DNA from: Dictyostelium discoideum
Lineage: Eukaryota
NCBI GenBank assembly: GCA_000004695.1
Contig: CM000150.2
Span: forward strand, 2,208,001 to 2,272,000
DNA length: 64,000 nt
Direction: 5' to 3'
Below the pieces are notes generated by a model. The model was given only the letters and a program-made list of their open reading frames with translations. It did no database searches and was not told the DNA's origin. Shown here one piece after another: positions 1-13,087 of this stretch (position 1 is its first letter; the number at the start of each line of letters is the position of its first letter). Both the position numbers and the translations under genes were made by a program.

Positions 1-2295
1 CTATAGTATCAAACATTGCTAAACGACCTCCAAATGATTTTCCAATCAATTTAATTGGTGATAAAAGTGTGAAATTACTCTTTAAATAAATAAACCAATT
101 TGAATTTCCAATATCTTTTGGCACAAATTTAATTGGTCCAAATTTTAAAAATCCTTTTGGTTTTATTGTTTTATAAATATGTCCATAATTTTCTTTATCG
201 ATTTTAAAATTACTACCACTACTACCATTGTATTTATTATTATTTATATTGCTTGAACCACCACTACTACTACCACTACTACCACTATTGGTTGAAATTG
301 TTCCATTATCACTTTCAATCTTATTGGTTGTAGTATTTAGATTGAATAGTTGTTTTAATTGATTTGAAAGAGTACTCGATAGAGATGGTTTACCATTAAC
401 ATTTGAGGTTGAATTCATAATTTGAATTAATAGCTCATGTTGATCCATTGGTAATAATGAAATTTGAATATCACAATTGAATGGATTATGAATTAATAAA
501 AATTTAGATTGTTCTCTACCAATTTTAACTTTACCAAAATTAATGGTTTGATAATGATCTAATAATTTATTTCCTTCTTTGTTATTGTTGTTGTTGATAA
601 TTTGTAAATAATGATTAAAAAACTTTTCATCATCAACACTAATCATTGGAAGATTATTATTTTCACCTTGTTGTTGTTGAAATAGTGAATAATCATAAAT
701 TGGAAGTATTGGTTTTTCAACAGAAACTTGAGTATCAATTTTAAAATCTAAAGGTAAATCTGTTGAAACTATTACAGTCGATTTAAAAGAAATTATAGAA
801 TTTAAAGTATCTGTTGATTTTGTTGAATTTCCAATCCAAATATTCTCTCTTAATAAGTACTCTTCGGTTAAAACTTTTTGATTCTGATCTAAATAATTAA
901 TTTGTTGTTGTTGTGATTGTTGTTGTTGTTGTTGTTGTTGTTGTGGTGGTTGTTCTAATTTTGTAATTGAAATTGGATCAAATAATAAATTTGCAAAATG
1001 AGATTTCTTATTTGGTGGTAATTGATTTTTTAATAATTCAATACTAATTCTTTTATCACTACTTTCAAAATTTGTAATATTAACAATGATTGAAAATAAA
1101 TTATTAAAATAGAGTGGTCTTACAATTGATTTACGTTGATTATTAAATTTTTCATTAATATTATCAATTTCTTCAATATTTTCTTGTTTAATATCTTCAT
1201 CATAACCATTACTATTTAAAATATTAAAATTTAATTTTTCAGGTAAAATTGATAATGAACCATTGATAACATTAAAATGAATTGGAATTGAGGCTGTTTT
1301 AATTTGAGATTGAAAGTGTAATCTAAATTTACCATTATCTTTTCTAATTGATTTAGATGATAATTCAAATGATAAAATTGCACTACCACCAGATTTAATG
1401 AAAAAGATTGGATCCAAACCAGAGATTGGTAAAGGGAATTTACAATTTGCATCATTTCCTTGTGAAGTTTCAGTTGAACAACCCATTTTATTGACGGTTG
1501 AAATGGATTCAATATCGATTGTCGGACAAGTTACACCCAATAGTTTCTCTAATCTTTTATTAATTGATTTCTTACGTTCCTCTGTCAATAGGTTTGTTTC
1601 AACAATATTTTTTGGAAGTGGTGAAAGTGATAATGAAGTTAGAGTGGTTGGACTTTCAAGGATACTTTCAATTTGAACTTTAATTAATCCTTCTGGTATG
1701 GTAGCTCTATTCATTCCCAAGAGTGATAGACAATCAATATCCAACTTGAATGGATTATTATTCTTAAACTTCATAAATACCTTTTTCTTTGTATCGAGTC
1801 CAACAATACCAAAATCGATTATTTTAAACTTTTCATTATAATAATCATTAAAATTGGTTGTAATATCGATTTGACCATTAAATCTAATTAAATGAATTTG
1901 AATTAATGAAACATTTGAAAGTATATTTAAAATTGCTGGTTTACAATTTGGATAAAATGATGGTGTTGATAGTGATGAAGTTCCATTATTACTTTTACCC
2001 AACGTTTCTAAAGTTTGATTCTTTCTTTTAAATGAAATGAAAATCGATTGCCAACGTTTATTTGGATGAACAACTTGAGTTAGTGGTGCTGAATCAATCT
2101 TAAATTCATCATCTAAAATTTGAATGGTTTGAATATGAACTGGTACTGGATATTTATTAACTAATGTTAACTCTCTAATGATTGTATCCTCTTGATTAAA
2201 TAATCCATATGGAAATAATGTATCATCAACACTATAAGATAAATAACCTTGTAAAACTGTTATTTTATAAGGTACTATAATATGTTTAATTTGAC

Positions 2296-2389
<94 letters not shown>

Positions 2390-3382
2390 TCCACTACTAC
2401 CACCACCTAAAGTTTCAACAGTAATTTTATATCTACCTCTAAATTCACCAGTTTCTGTACCTTTAAATAATAAATGACCAAATTCTACATTTTGACTATG
2501 TTTTGGAACGGTTGAAAAATGTTGAATAAACTTTAAATCTCCAGATTTTTTAAATTGAATATTTTTATCAACGATTTGTTTTGGTGTTGAATTATCAAAA
2601 TCTTGAAAACCATCATAATCACGATCACTCTCTAAAAGATGTCTAACAGTTAACCTTACATCTTTTTTATTTGCATTGATAATGAATAATGGTATGGTAT
2701 CGGTTTCATTCAATTTTGTTATGAATGAAAATTCAACTTTCTTTGGATAAATATATGCACCTTCATCAACTGCTATCATTTCAACTGGTATTAAAAATAC
2801 ACCAAAATTGGTTACAATATTAACAAATCCATTAAATGTTCCTGCAACTGATGAATAAAAATATAAATCAATTAAATGTGATTTTCTATATGGTTCAATT
2901 TCCTAATTGAAAAAAAAAAAAAAAAAAAAAATTAAAATTAGAGAAAATGATTATTTAATTTTTTGTTTTTTTTTTTTTTTTAAAAAAATTACATACCCAA
3001 GTTACTTTTTCAAGTGATTGTTGTCTTGATAATTCATCAGCACCAGGTTCGTGACCAGGTGGTGAAATATAAAATGGACGACCAGTTGTAGATATATCAG
3101 AAATTTTCATTGTTTTACTATGTGGATTATAAATATTTACAGATGATAAAATCATTTTATCAACTAAAACAACATGTTCAATAATTGGATCCAACTGATA
3201 GATATTATTATCACCTTCACCAGTAACAGGAAATGTAAACTCTCCAATATTTGTAATGATCTTAAATTCAGTTTTAAAAACTCCAAGTTCTTTTGGTAAA
3301 AATACAATTGATATATTAATTGATTGTAATGGATTTAATACCTAAAAAATGAATGATTATAAAATAAATATTAGAATTTTTA

Positions 3383-3441
<59 letters not shown>

Positions 3442-5150
3442 GTTAATTTATAAAACTTACCACACTACCCAAAAAATTATTTGTAAAAAAAATTGGATGA
3501 ATATCATTTGTGAGTGATAAAACTTGAATTTTCATTTTTGTATGTGTATTTTTAAATTCAACATTTCTAAAAACTGGGACACATAAACTACTTCCCCTAA
3601 ATTCCAATGAAGCTGGACTAATTGAAAAATATTTTCTTTTACTGGCATTACTGGTACCACTACTAGTACTTGCCTCTATATTATTATTTTGAATATGATT
3701 TTTCATTCCATTTGCAATATTTAAATTAATACTTTCATCACCAAAAATACCAAATTCATCATCCTCTTCATTATTTTTATTATTATTTTTATTATTATTA
3801 TTATTATTGTTATTATTATCTTGAGTTTTCTTTGTACAGCTTGGTTGATCTAATGTTGTCGATGTTGGTGTTTTACTTGAACCTATATTATTATCGATGT
3901 CATTTTTATTTTTATTATTACTATTACTATTGGTGACTTCAATATTATTATTATTATTATTTATATTTTCACCTTTATTATTATTATTATTATTATTACT
4001 ATTACTATTAACAACTTGTGGTTTAATAGGAGTATCTCCATTAACTTTATTTATATTATCACTACTGATTTTAGTATTTGTTTTACTATTACTATTACTA
4101 CCTTTACTACCATTTTTATTACTATTACTTTTAGTGGTAGTGGTAGTAGCTTTTTGAAAAGATTTAGCAGTTAAAATTGTTGGTGTTGTACCTGTATTTG
4201 TAATTTCTATATTATTAAGATGAACATAACCTGAAAATTCTTTATCTTTAATTTTTTGATGTTGTTTCTTAATATTATTATTAATATTATTATTATTTGA
4301 ACTACTACCACTATTACTAGATGAAGAAAGTGATTTTTCTTTATCTTTTATTTTTAAGGTTGATTTCACCTTTTTTGTAGGTTGTGGTGAAGGTGGAGGT
4401 TCTGTATTTTTAATTATAGTTGATGAAATTGTATTTGGATTACTAACCACAACTGATTGTAAATAAGATGTATCTGTTGTGGTTATAAATTCCAATGTTA
4501 AACTTGCATCTTGACCATTTTGCATCTCCTTTTGAAGTGCTTTTTGTAAAAGGGTAGATTGTTTTTGAAATAATTCCTGTGTCTGTTTTTGCATTTGCTG
4601 ATTATGATATTGTTCACGTTGTTCTTTTGTCATTAATGATAATTTAACCTTTTCTCCATTAATAATAATTTCTTTTTCTTCCTCTTCTTGATCATCATCA
4701 TCATCATTATTATTATTGTTATTATTATTATTGTCTTGATTGCTATCCCTATTTTTATTTTCATCTATAATTGTTGATGGTTTTGATTTTGAAGATGAAA
4801 CTGCGGTTGCTGCTGCTGCTATGATTGACTCTGACTCCTCATTAGAAAATGAGGATGTGTCACCATCGTTAACTAATTGTGGTGACTTTGAATTTGAACT
4901 ATATTTATAATGAACTCCTAATGGTTTCTTTGCATTTCTATCATTTGAATTTTCATATACATATATTACTGAATCTTCAATCTGTGTTTGTTGTTGTTGT
5001 TGTTGTGTTGGTGTTTGTGTTTGTTTTTGATTAATTTTAATTGGTTGTACTTTCTCTTGATTCAATGCTATTATTAAAATAATAATAATAAAATAAAAAA
5101 GAAAGAATTAGAATAAACAATAAAATTATTTAATTTAATTATTCTTTTAT

Positions 5151-5182
<32 letters not shown>

Positions 5183-5336
5183 TTATTTTTTTTTATTTTT
5201 TATTTTTTTTTTTTTTTACGAAAATGTGAAATTACATACCATATGAAAATGAAGAATTTGAAACCAATAGCACTAAAACTAACAAACACAACACTATGAA
5301 ATGATAAATTGAATTGAATTTCATTCTACCATTCAT
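1..5336 (-). CDS. Large secreted/membrane protein of unknown function. It has an N-terminal signal peptide, a ~540-aa N/Q/S/T-rich low-complexity region, then a large globular region. The 5' end is complete; the 3' end runs past the window start.
   Basis: Minus-strand exon model with consistent phases: exon 1 5240..5336 (ATG at 5336; encodes MNGRMKFNSIYHFIVLCLLVLVLLVSNSSFSY, a hydrophobic signal peptide; donor GTATGT). Exon 2 3461..5067 matches the 540-aa track ORF, which really starts at a TTG behind an AG acceptor; donor GTAAGT. Exon 3 2997..3341 (donor GTATGT). Exon 4 2902..<1 is a continuous stop-free frame to the window edge and includes a ~32-residue poly-Asn tract from (ATT)n at 2297..2389. 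No family was recognised by eye. Confidence 0.6.
2297..2389 (-). repeat. (AAT)n trinucleotide array inside coding sequence, encoding a poly-Asn tract
   Basis: About 31 uninterrupted ATT units on the + strand. They lie in frame within exon 4 of the 1..5336 gene and read AAT (Asn) on the minus strand. Confidence 0.8.
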
Positions 5337-5390
5337 TTTAGTGTGTGTGTGTGAGGTAGAACTTAAATTTTTTGTGTAATTTTTTTTTTG

Positions 5391-5422
<32 letters not shown>

Positions 5423-5968
5423 AATGATTAAAAAGTTTTTTTTTTAAAATTTTTTTTTTTAAATTTTTTTTTTTTTATTTTTTTCTAATAATAAATTTGA
5501 AAAAAAATTAATAAAATAAATAAATAAATGAAATATTTGAAAAAAAAGAAAGAATAAATAAATAAATAAACAAATAATTAGAATTTTGAGAAACTGAGAA
5601 ATAAAAAAAAAAAAATAAAAAATAAAAAATAAAAAAATAAAAAATAAAAAATAAAAAAAATAAAAAAAAATTAAAAAAAATGAAAATTAAAAAAAAAAAA
5701 TAAAAAAAAAAAATTTTTTTTTTTTTAAGTCATGTCACAACTTATCTCAATTGTGGTTTGAAATGATCCATTAAAATTTTATTATCATTTTTTTTATTAT
5801 TTTTTATTATTATTTTTATCTTTTAATTTTCATTTTTTTTATTTTTATTTTTATCTTTTTTTTTTTTTTTATTTTTATTTTTTTTATTTTTATTTTTATT
5901 TTTAATTTTAATTTTCATTTTTATTTTTATTTTTATTTTTAATTTTTTTTTTTTTTTAAATTTTTTAA

Positions 5969-7930
5969 TTAGTGGGTTCCGAAATAACGATTTGAATAAA
6001 AACCACAACCAGGTAAAATGAAACCTTCGTCAGATAATTCTTTATCGATGGCACTAACTACGAATTGAACATCAGGGAATCTATAATTTAAATATAAAAT
6101 ACCTTTGAGTGAAGCAATAACGCTAACAAATATAATTTTATTTTCAGGAACACCATGATCTAATAAAACTCTAATTGCCATCTCTGATGATGCACCAGTT
6201 GCAATTGTTGGATCTAAAACTAAAACATGAGAATCTGTAACATTTGGTAATTTTTCATAGAATAACTTTTTTTTTTTTTTTTCCCATAATTTTTTAAAAT
6301 AAAATAAAATAATAATTACAGTTAAACGTTGAAATTATTTCAAAGTATAAAATAAAAAATCAGTTTTTTTTTTTTTTTTTTTTTTCCATAATTTTTTTAA
6401 AATAAAATAATAAAAAAAAAATATTAGTTAAATTAAACATTGAAATTATTTCAAAGTATAAAATTAGATTTTTTTTTTTTTTTTTTTTTTTTTATTATTA
6501 TAAAAAATAGACTTACATGTGGTTTTTTCATTTCATCAGATTGAATTAAAACTTTTCCAGTTCTAATACCTTTACAAATTGAACGAAGTGGTTGTTCCAT
6601 ACAACCACCAGCTCTTAAAACAACTAAAGCACAAATTCTACTATTTAATTCTTCACCATGATAAAGTGAACCAGTTGGAGTAGTAACAATCTTTTCAGTG
6701 AATGGTAAATAAGTTAAAGCCTCTTCAATGATTAATGAACATAAACGATCAGAATAGAAAACGAAATCACCGACTTTGGTATCCTTATTTCTAAGTATTG
6801 AAAGCATTGCTTTAATTTGATTAGTTTCCTTAATTACATGAATTGAACTTGGTAATTCCAATCCCTCCAAATCCAATTGTGCTGTCTTTTCTGGATCAAA
6901 TCCTCTCTCTTTTAATTTTAATCTAATATGATTTGTTAATAAATTAATTGCAACAATATTATCTGATCCTCTTGGCACAATAATATCTGCATATTTTTTT
7001 AACTATACATATTCATATAAAAAAATAAATAAAACATTTATTAATATATATATATATATATGTGTGTGTGTTATTTTATAATTATTTTTAATACATTACT
7101 GGAATGATATAATCATCAAATGATGGTTTAACAAATGTATTATATTGATGTAAAACACTTTCTAAAGTTCTACCTCTTTCAGCGATATCTCTTTTTAATC
7201 TTCTTGCTAAACGAACATCATCATCAGTATCTATGAAAATTTTAATATCCATTAAATCTCTTAATTCCTTTGAGTATAATGTTAAAATACCTTCTAAAAT
7301 AATAACATCAGCACCATAAACTGTATCTTGATGTACTAATCTACTATGTGTTTTAAAACAGTATTTTGGAATATTAACTTTTTTACCTGCTCTTAATTCA
7401 CTAATTGTTTTAACCATTAAATCATAATCAAATGCATCTTATTATTTTTTTTATTATTTTTTTTATTATTTTTTTTAAAATTAGTGAATTGTTTAGATAA
7501 TAATAAATTTAAATATAGAATAAATAAATAAATTAATAAATTAATAATTACTTGGATGATCAAAATTATATTTTGAAGGATCATTATCTTTTGATAAATT
7601 TTTATAGAATGAATCCATTGATAATAAAACTACCCAACGGACATTTAAGTTTGCAATGATTTTATCACAAACTGTAGTTTTACCACTAGCACTACCACCA
7701 CAAACACCAATTACTAAAGGATTTTTTAAATTACCTTTTGAATCATACCATGGTGGACGACCAGATGTATAAACTTTTTTAACAACACCTGGTGCAATTG
7801 TTGTATCATGATTATGAGTTGGTGTTGTTGTTGTTGTAGTTGTTGTTGTTGGTGCTGTTGTTGTTGATGTTGTTGTAGTTAATGATGGTGAATCATTTGT
7901 TGTTACTTTTGTAGTACTATTATCACTCAT
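5969..7930 (-). CDS. Uridine-cytidine kinase / uracil phosphoribosyltransferase fusion protein (UCKL1-like), 499 aa, 4 exons
   Basis: Exons on the minus strand: 7552..7930, 7100..7437, 6517..7002, 5969..6265. The donors are GTAATT, GTAATG and GTAAGT; every phase fits and the total is 1500 nt. The N-terminal half has the UCK P-loop GVCGGSASGKTT and the DHP.AFDYDL and DTDDDVRLARRLKRD motifs. The C-terminal half has the UPRT signature (VLLDHGVPENKIIF ... PGCGFYSNRYFGT). Exon junctions were checked against the human UCK2/UCKL1 order (…VKPSFDDYIIP|LKKYADIIVPRGSDN…, …EMKKPH|LFYEKLPNVTDSHVLVLDP…). Confidence 0.9.
6283..6470. repeat. Intronic tandem duplication of two ~90-100 bp copies inside the last intron of the UCK/UPRT gene
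   Basis: Two near-identical direct copies: 'ttttttcc(c)ataatttttt(t)aaaataaaata...gttaaac(g/a)ttgaaattatttcaaagtataaaat', at about 6283..6380 and 6375..6470. Both sit between the exon-3 donor at 6516 and the exon-4 acceptor at 6266. Confidence 0.75.
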
Positions 7931-8062
7931 TTTTATTATTATTATTTTTAATAACTATAAAACGAATATAATTATATTTGTGATCAAAATCGAAATTGAA
8001 TTTTTTTTTTTTTTTTTTTTTGTTTTTTTACTTTCACAACGCCATCACTTTTTTTTTAATTT

Positions 8063-8105
<43 letters not shown>

Positions 8106-8149
8106 AAAAAAAAAAGAATGTAAAAAAAAAAAAAAATTAATAAAAAAAA

Positions 8150-8921
8150 ATGTTAACATCCAAAGATTTTAGAGATCAAGCAATCAATTTAATTAAAAAA
8201 TGGAATAATATAATTGATGAAATTCCATGGCAATGGAATCAAATTAATGAATTAAATAATGAATCAAAAGGATATTTCACAACAAAAAGATATCATAAAA
8301 TAAATAATAATAATAATAATAATAACAATAATAATATTGAAAATAAAAATAATAATAATATTGAAAATTTTGAAGAGATTAAAGAAACAATTGATGATTC
8401 ATCAACAACAATAATAAAAAGCAATAATAATAATAATGAAAATAATATAATAATTTTCCAATTTGATATAATTTACAGTAAATCATATCAAGTACCTGTA
8501 TTATATTTAAATGGATTTTCAAGTTTTGATTCATCACCATTATCTTGGAATGAAATTTGGAATAATTTACCATTATCAAATTTAGATAAAAATCAACAAT
8601 CAACAATTCCTTATATTACTCAAGTTGTAAATATTATAATAATAATAATATAATTTTTTATTTTCCATTTTCTAATAAAAAAAATATATATATTTTAATA
8701 ATTAGGAACATCCTATATTAGGTAATCCATGTTATCAATTACATCCTTGTGAAACTGATAATTTAATGAAATTAATATTATTAAAAGAAAAAGATTATAA
8801 TGATAACAATGATAAAAAAGAATATTTTAAAGATTATTATTTATTAAGTTGGTTATCAATTATTGGGCCAATGGTTAATATTAAAATACCATTTGATTTA
8901 TTAAAAAATAATAATATATAG
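8150..8921 (+). CDS. atg10: Autophagy-related protein 10 (E2-like conjugating enzyme for Atg12), ~230 aa, 2 exons
   Basis: Exon 1 8150..8626 (donor GTAAAT). Exon 2 8706..8921 (acceptor ...aattag). Collinear match to human ATG10: YSKSYQVPVLYLNGF (human YSCSYQVPVLYFRAS), TQ.EHPILGNPCYQLHPCET with the catalytic-Cys HPC motif, and SWLSIIGPMVNIKIP. A poly-Asn insert is typical for Dictyostelium. Confidence 0.8.
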
Positions 8922-9040
8922 AATAAATAAATAAATAAATAAATAAAAAAACATTTACAAATTTGTATATTATTGTTTTTTTTTATTTTTTTTTTTTTTA
9001 TTTTTTTTTTTTTTCAAACTTTAATTAATTTAAATTTAGT

Positions 9041-10019
<979 letters not shown>

Positions 10020-10537
10020 TTATGTATGTATGTTTATTGGGGAGAGAGAAAAAAAAAAAAAAAAAAAAAAAATTTAACATTACATTTTTTCGGCCAAATT
10101 ATTTTTATTTTATTTTTTAATATTTTTTTTTTATTTTTTTTTTATTTTTTTTATTTTCGTTTAAACGAAAGATTTTTTTTTTTTTTTTTTTTTATTTTTA
10201 TTTTTTTTTGAAGATCTCACGTTTTTCTATTTACTTTTTTTTTTCCTTTTTGTAATATAAATAATTTAAATAAAATTTAATAAAACTTTTTTTTTAATTA
10301 AAAAAAAAAAAAAAAAATTTTAATTTTGTTTGTTGTAAAAAAGATATTTTTATTTTTTTTATTTTTTTTTAAGCTCGGAACTTAAAAAGTGAGGTGTTTA
10401 ATCTTCGAGCTATTGAAAATATTTTTTATTTATTTATTTATTTTTTTTTTTTTAATTTTTATTTTTTAAAAAAAAAAAAAATCATAAAACAAACAATACA
10501 ATACCGGAAATATATATATAAATAAAATAAAAAAAAA

Positions 10538-10843
10538 ATGGCAAATGAAATTTTTATATCATTTTCAAAGATTTTATATTCAAGTTTATTAATAACATCT
10601 CCTTATTGGATGTGGAAATTAGTTGGAAAATTAACTTATTTAAAGGATACAATCTCTCAAACTATTTGTATTACTTGTATTTTAGGTTCCCCAATTTCTT
10701 TAATCTATACATTGTATAGACAATTAATTAATTATGATAAAACTATTGGTACAGCATTAATTCCAATTATTCCATTCTTCACTTTTTTTTCAACACGTTT
10801 TATTCATAATAAATTACAAAAAGGATCAAATAGACAAAGATAG
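10538..10843 (+). CDS. Hypothetical small membrane protein (101 aa, two predicted hydrophobic helices)
   Basis: True ATG start. The single ORF has two hydrophobic segments (ILYSSLLITSPYWMW and ICITCILGSPISLIYTL / ALIPIIPFFTFF). No family assignment was possible by eye. Confidence 0.4.
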   Translation: MANEIFISFSKILYSSLLITSPYWMWKLVGKLTYLKDTISQTICITCILGSPISLIYTLYRQLINYDKTIGTALIPIIPFFTFFSTRFIHNKLQKGSNRQR

Positions 10844-11327
10844 ATTAATTTTTTTTTTTTTAAAAAAAAAAAAAAAACAAAAAAACAAAAAAAAAATTAT
10901 TTTTAAAAAATTATATTTTAATTAAAAAAAAAGATTTTTATTTATTTATTTATTTATTTTGGGTTAGGGTATTATTAATTTCAGAAATTATTTTTATTTA
11001 ATTTTTAATTCTAAAAATAATTAAAATTAAAAATAAATAAATAAATAAATAAATTAATAATTTTTTTATTAGATTTATTATTATTTTTTTTTTTTAATTA
11101 AACTTCAAATTTAAGATCTTTTAAAGTCATTTTTATTTTATTTTTTTTTTTTAAAATTTTATTTTATTTTTTTTTTTATTTTTTTTTTATTTTTTTTTTA
11201 TTTTTTTTTTGATATTTCATTTTTAATTTTTTTTTTTTTATTTATTTTTTCAAAAACAGTAAATTGTAATAACATTTAATTTAAAAAACGAAACCAAACA
11301 AAACAAAACTAAACAAAACGAAAGTTA

Positions 11328-11368
<41 letters not shown>

Positions 11369-11370
11369 CA

Positions 11371-11748
11371 ATGGAACCAAAAGTATTATCAATTCAATCA
11401 TGGGTTTGTCATGGTTATGTTGGTAATAAATGTGCAGTATTTGCACTTCAACATTTAGGAATTGAAGTTGATCCAATCAATTCAGTGCATTTATCAAATA
11501 ATACAGCATATCCAACATGGAAAGGTGAATCATTAACACCAAATAAATTGGGTGATTTATTCCAAGGTTTAGAAGATAATCATCTCACTTCAAATTATAC
11601 ACATGTATTAACTGGTTATAATAACTCTGTTCAAACTTTACACACAGTTTTAAAAATTGTAAAAAAATTAAAATCTGAAAATCCAAATTTAATATATGGT
11701 AAATATATATAAAAAAAAAAAAAAAATTTTAACATATTGTTTTTTATT

Positions 11749-11780
<32 letters not shown>

Positions 11781-12365
11781 TTAGTATGTGATCCAGTATT
11801 AGGTGATAATAATGAATTATATGTACCAGAAGATTTAGTTGAAGTTTATAAGAATGAAGTTATACCAAATGCAGATTATATATTTCCAAATCAAACAGAG
11901 GTTGAATTTTTAACAGGTATTAAAATTAAAAATGATCAAGATGCATTAAAAGCCATTGATCAATTTCATAAAATGGGTGTGAAAAATGTCGTAATCACAA
12001 GTTTATTCTTTGATACAAATCCAAATGATATCATTGTTATTGGTAGTACTATAAATGATGATGATAATAATAATAAATATAATCAATTTAAAATTAAAGT
12101 TGGACCAAAATTTAATGATTATTATACAGGTACTGGCGACTTGTTAAGTTCATTATTATTAGGTTGGTCAATTAGAGAACCAACTGATTTATCTTTAGTT
12201 TGTGAAAAAGCAATTTCAATCCTTTACAATATCATTAATGAAACTCATAACTCTAAAAAATCAATTCCTTCAAATAAAGAAAAACAATACTATGAATTAA
12301 GACTTGTACAATCAAGAAAATTTATTGAAAATTCTGAAATTAGATTTAAGTCTGAAAAATTATAA
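11371..12365 (+). CDS. pykA: Pyridoxal kinase, 302 aa, 2 exons
   Basis: Exon 1 11371..11698 (donor GTAAAT; phase 1). Exon 2 11785..12365 (acceptor aattag). Ribokinase-fold PdxK motifs are present: SIQSWVCHGYVGNK, HVLTGY, the junction YVCDPVLGDNNELYVPEDL, and YTGTGDLLSSLLLGW. Confidence 0.9.
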
Positions 12366-12380
12366 AAAAAAAAAAAAAAT

Positions 12381-12447
<67 letters not shown>

Positions 12448-12494
12448 TATAGTTATAAACAATAATAAATTGAACGAATTATTTAATTAAACCA

Positions 12495-12525
<31 letters not shown>

Positions 12526-12739
12526 AAACAATTTTTAAAGATTTTTTTTTTATTCACTTTTTTTTTTTAATTTTTAATTTTATTGCTTTAAAAAACATAA
12601 AAATCTTTTAGATATTTTTAGATTTTCAGGATTTTTTTTAGATTTTTTTTAAAAAAAAAATAAATTAAAATTTTTATTTTTTTTTATATAAAATTGTAGT
12701 GATTACTCTAGTGTGAATTTTTAATATTTTTTTAATCTT

Positions 12740-12755
12740 GATTATTCGAATAATC
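12740..12755. promoter_or_regulatory. Perfect 16-bp palindrome GATTATTCGAATAATC in the 5' intergenic region of the first Pmp-repeat gene
   Basis: The sequence is its own reverse complement. It lies ~330 bp upstream of the ATG at 13088, in an otherwise poly-A/T spacer. It is a candidate dimeric transcription-factor site; this is inference only. Confidence 0.3.
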
Positions 12756-13087
12756 AGAAAAATAAAAAAAAAAAGATATTAAAATTAAAATGACGTGTGA
12801 TAACCTAAATAATTTTAATTTGAAATTTCGTATGATCTTGCTTTTGAATAATTTTTAGTAATATTATTATTTAAAAAACTTATAAATAAGGGTTTTTTTT
12901 TTTTTTTTTTTTTTTTATTATTTTATATTACTAAACATTGAATCAACATATATATTAATAGTTTTATAAAAAAAAAAAAAAAAAATAAAATAAAAATAAT
13001 AATATAAAGAATAGAAAAAAAAATAAAAAAATATATAAAAAAAATAAATAAAATTATAATTCAATAATTATTTATAAAATTTTAAAA

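Noticed and set aside
1231-1676. Short ORFs 1231..1512 (-) and 1398..1676 (+)
   Set aside because: They lie inside the long continuous minus-strand coding frame of exon 4 of the first gene, so they are an internal fragment and an antisense shadow.
3897-4157. 86-aa Leu-rich + strand ORF
   Set aside because: It is the antisense reading of the poly-N/K/S low-complexity exon of the 1..5336 gene and has homopolymeric codon usage only.
5823-6008. Lys-rich 61-aa ORF; similar homopolymer ORFs at 9999..10211, 46676..46864, 47777..47959, 48081..48266, 58563..58784, 61143..61349, 61773..61958
   Set aside because: They are translations of poly-A/T or simple-sequence tracts in spacers or on the antisense of real genes.
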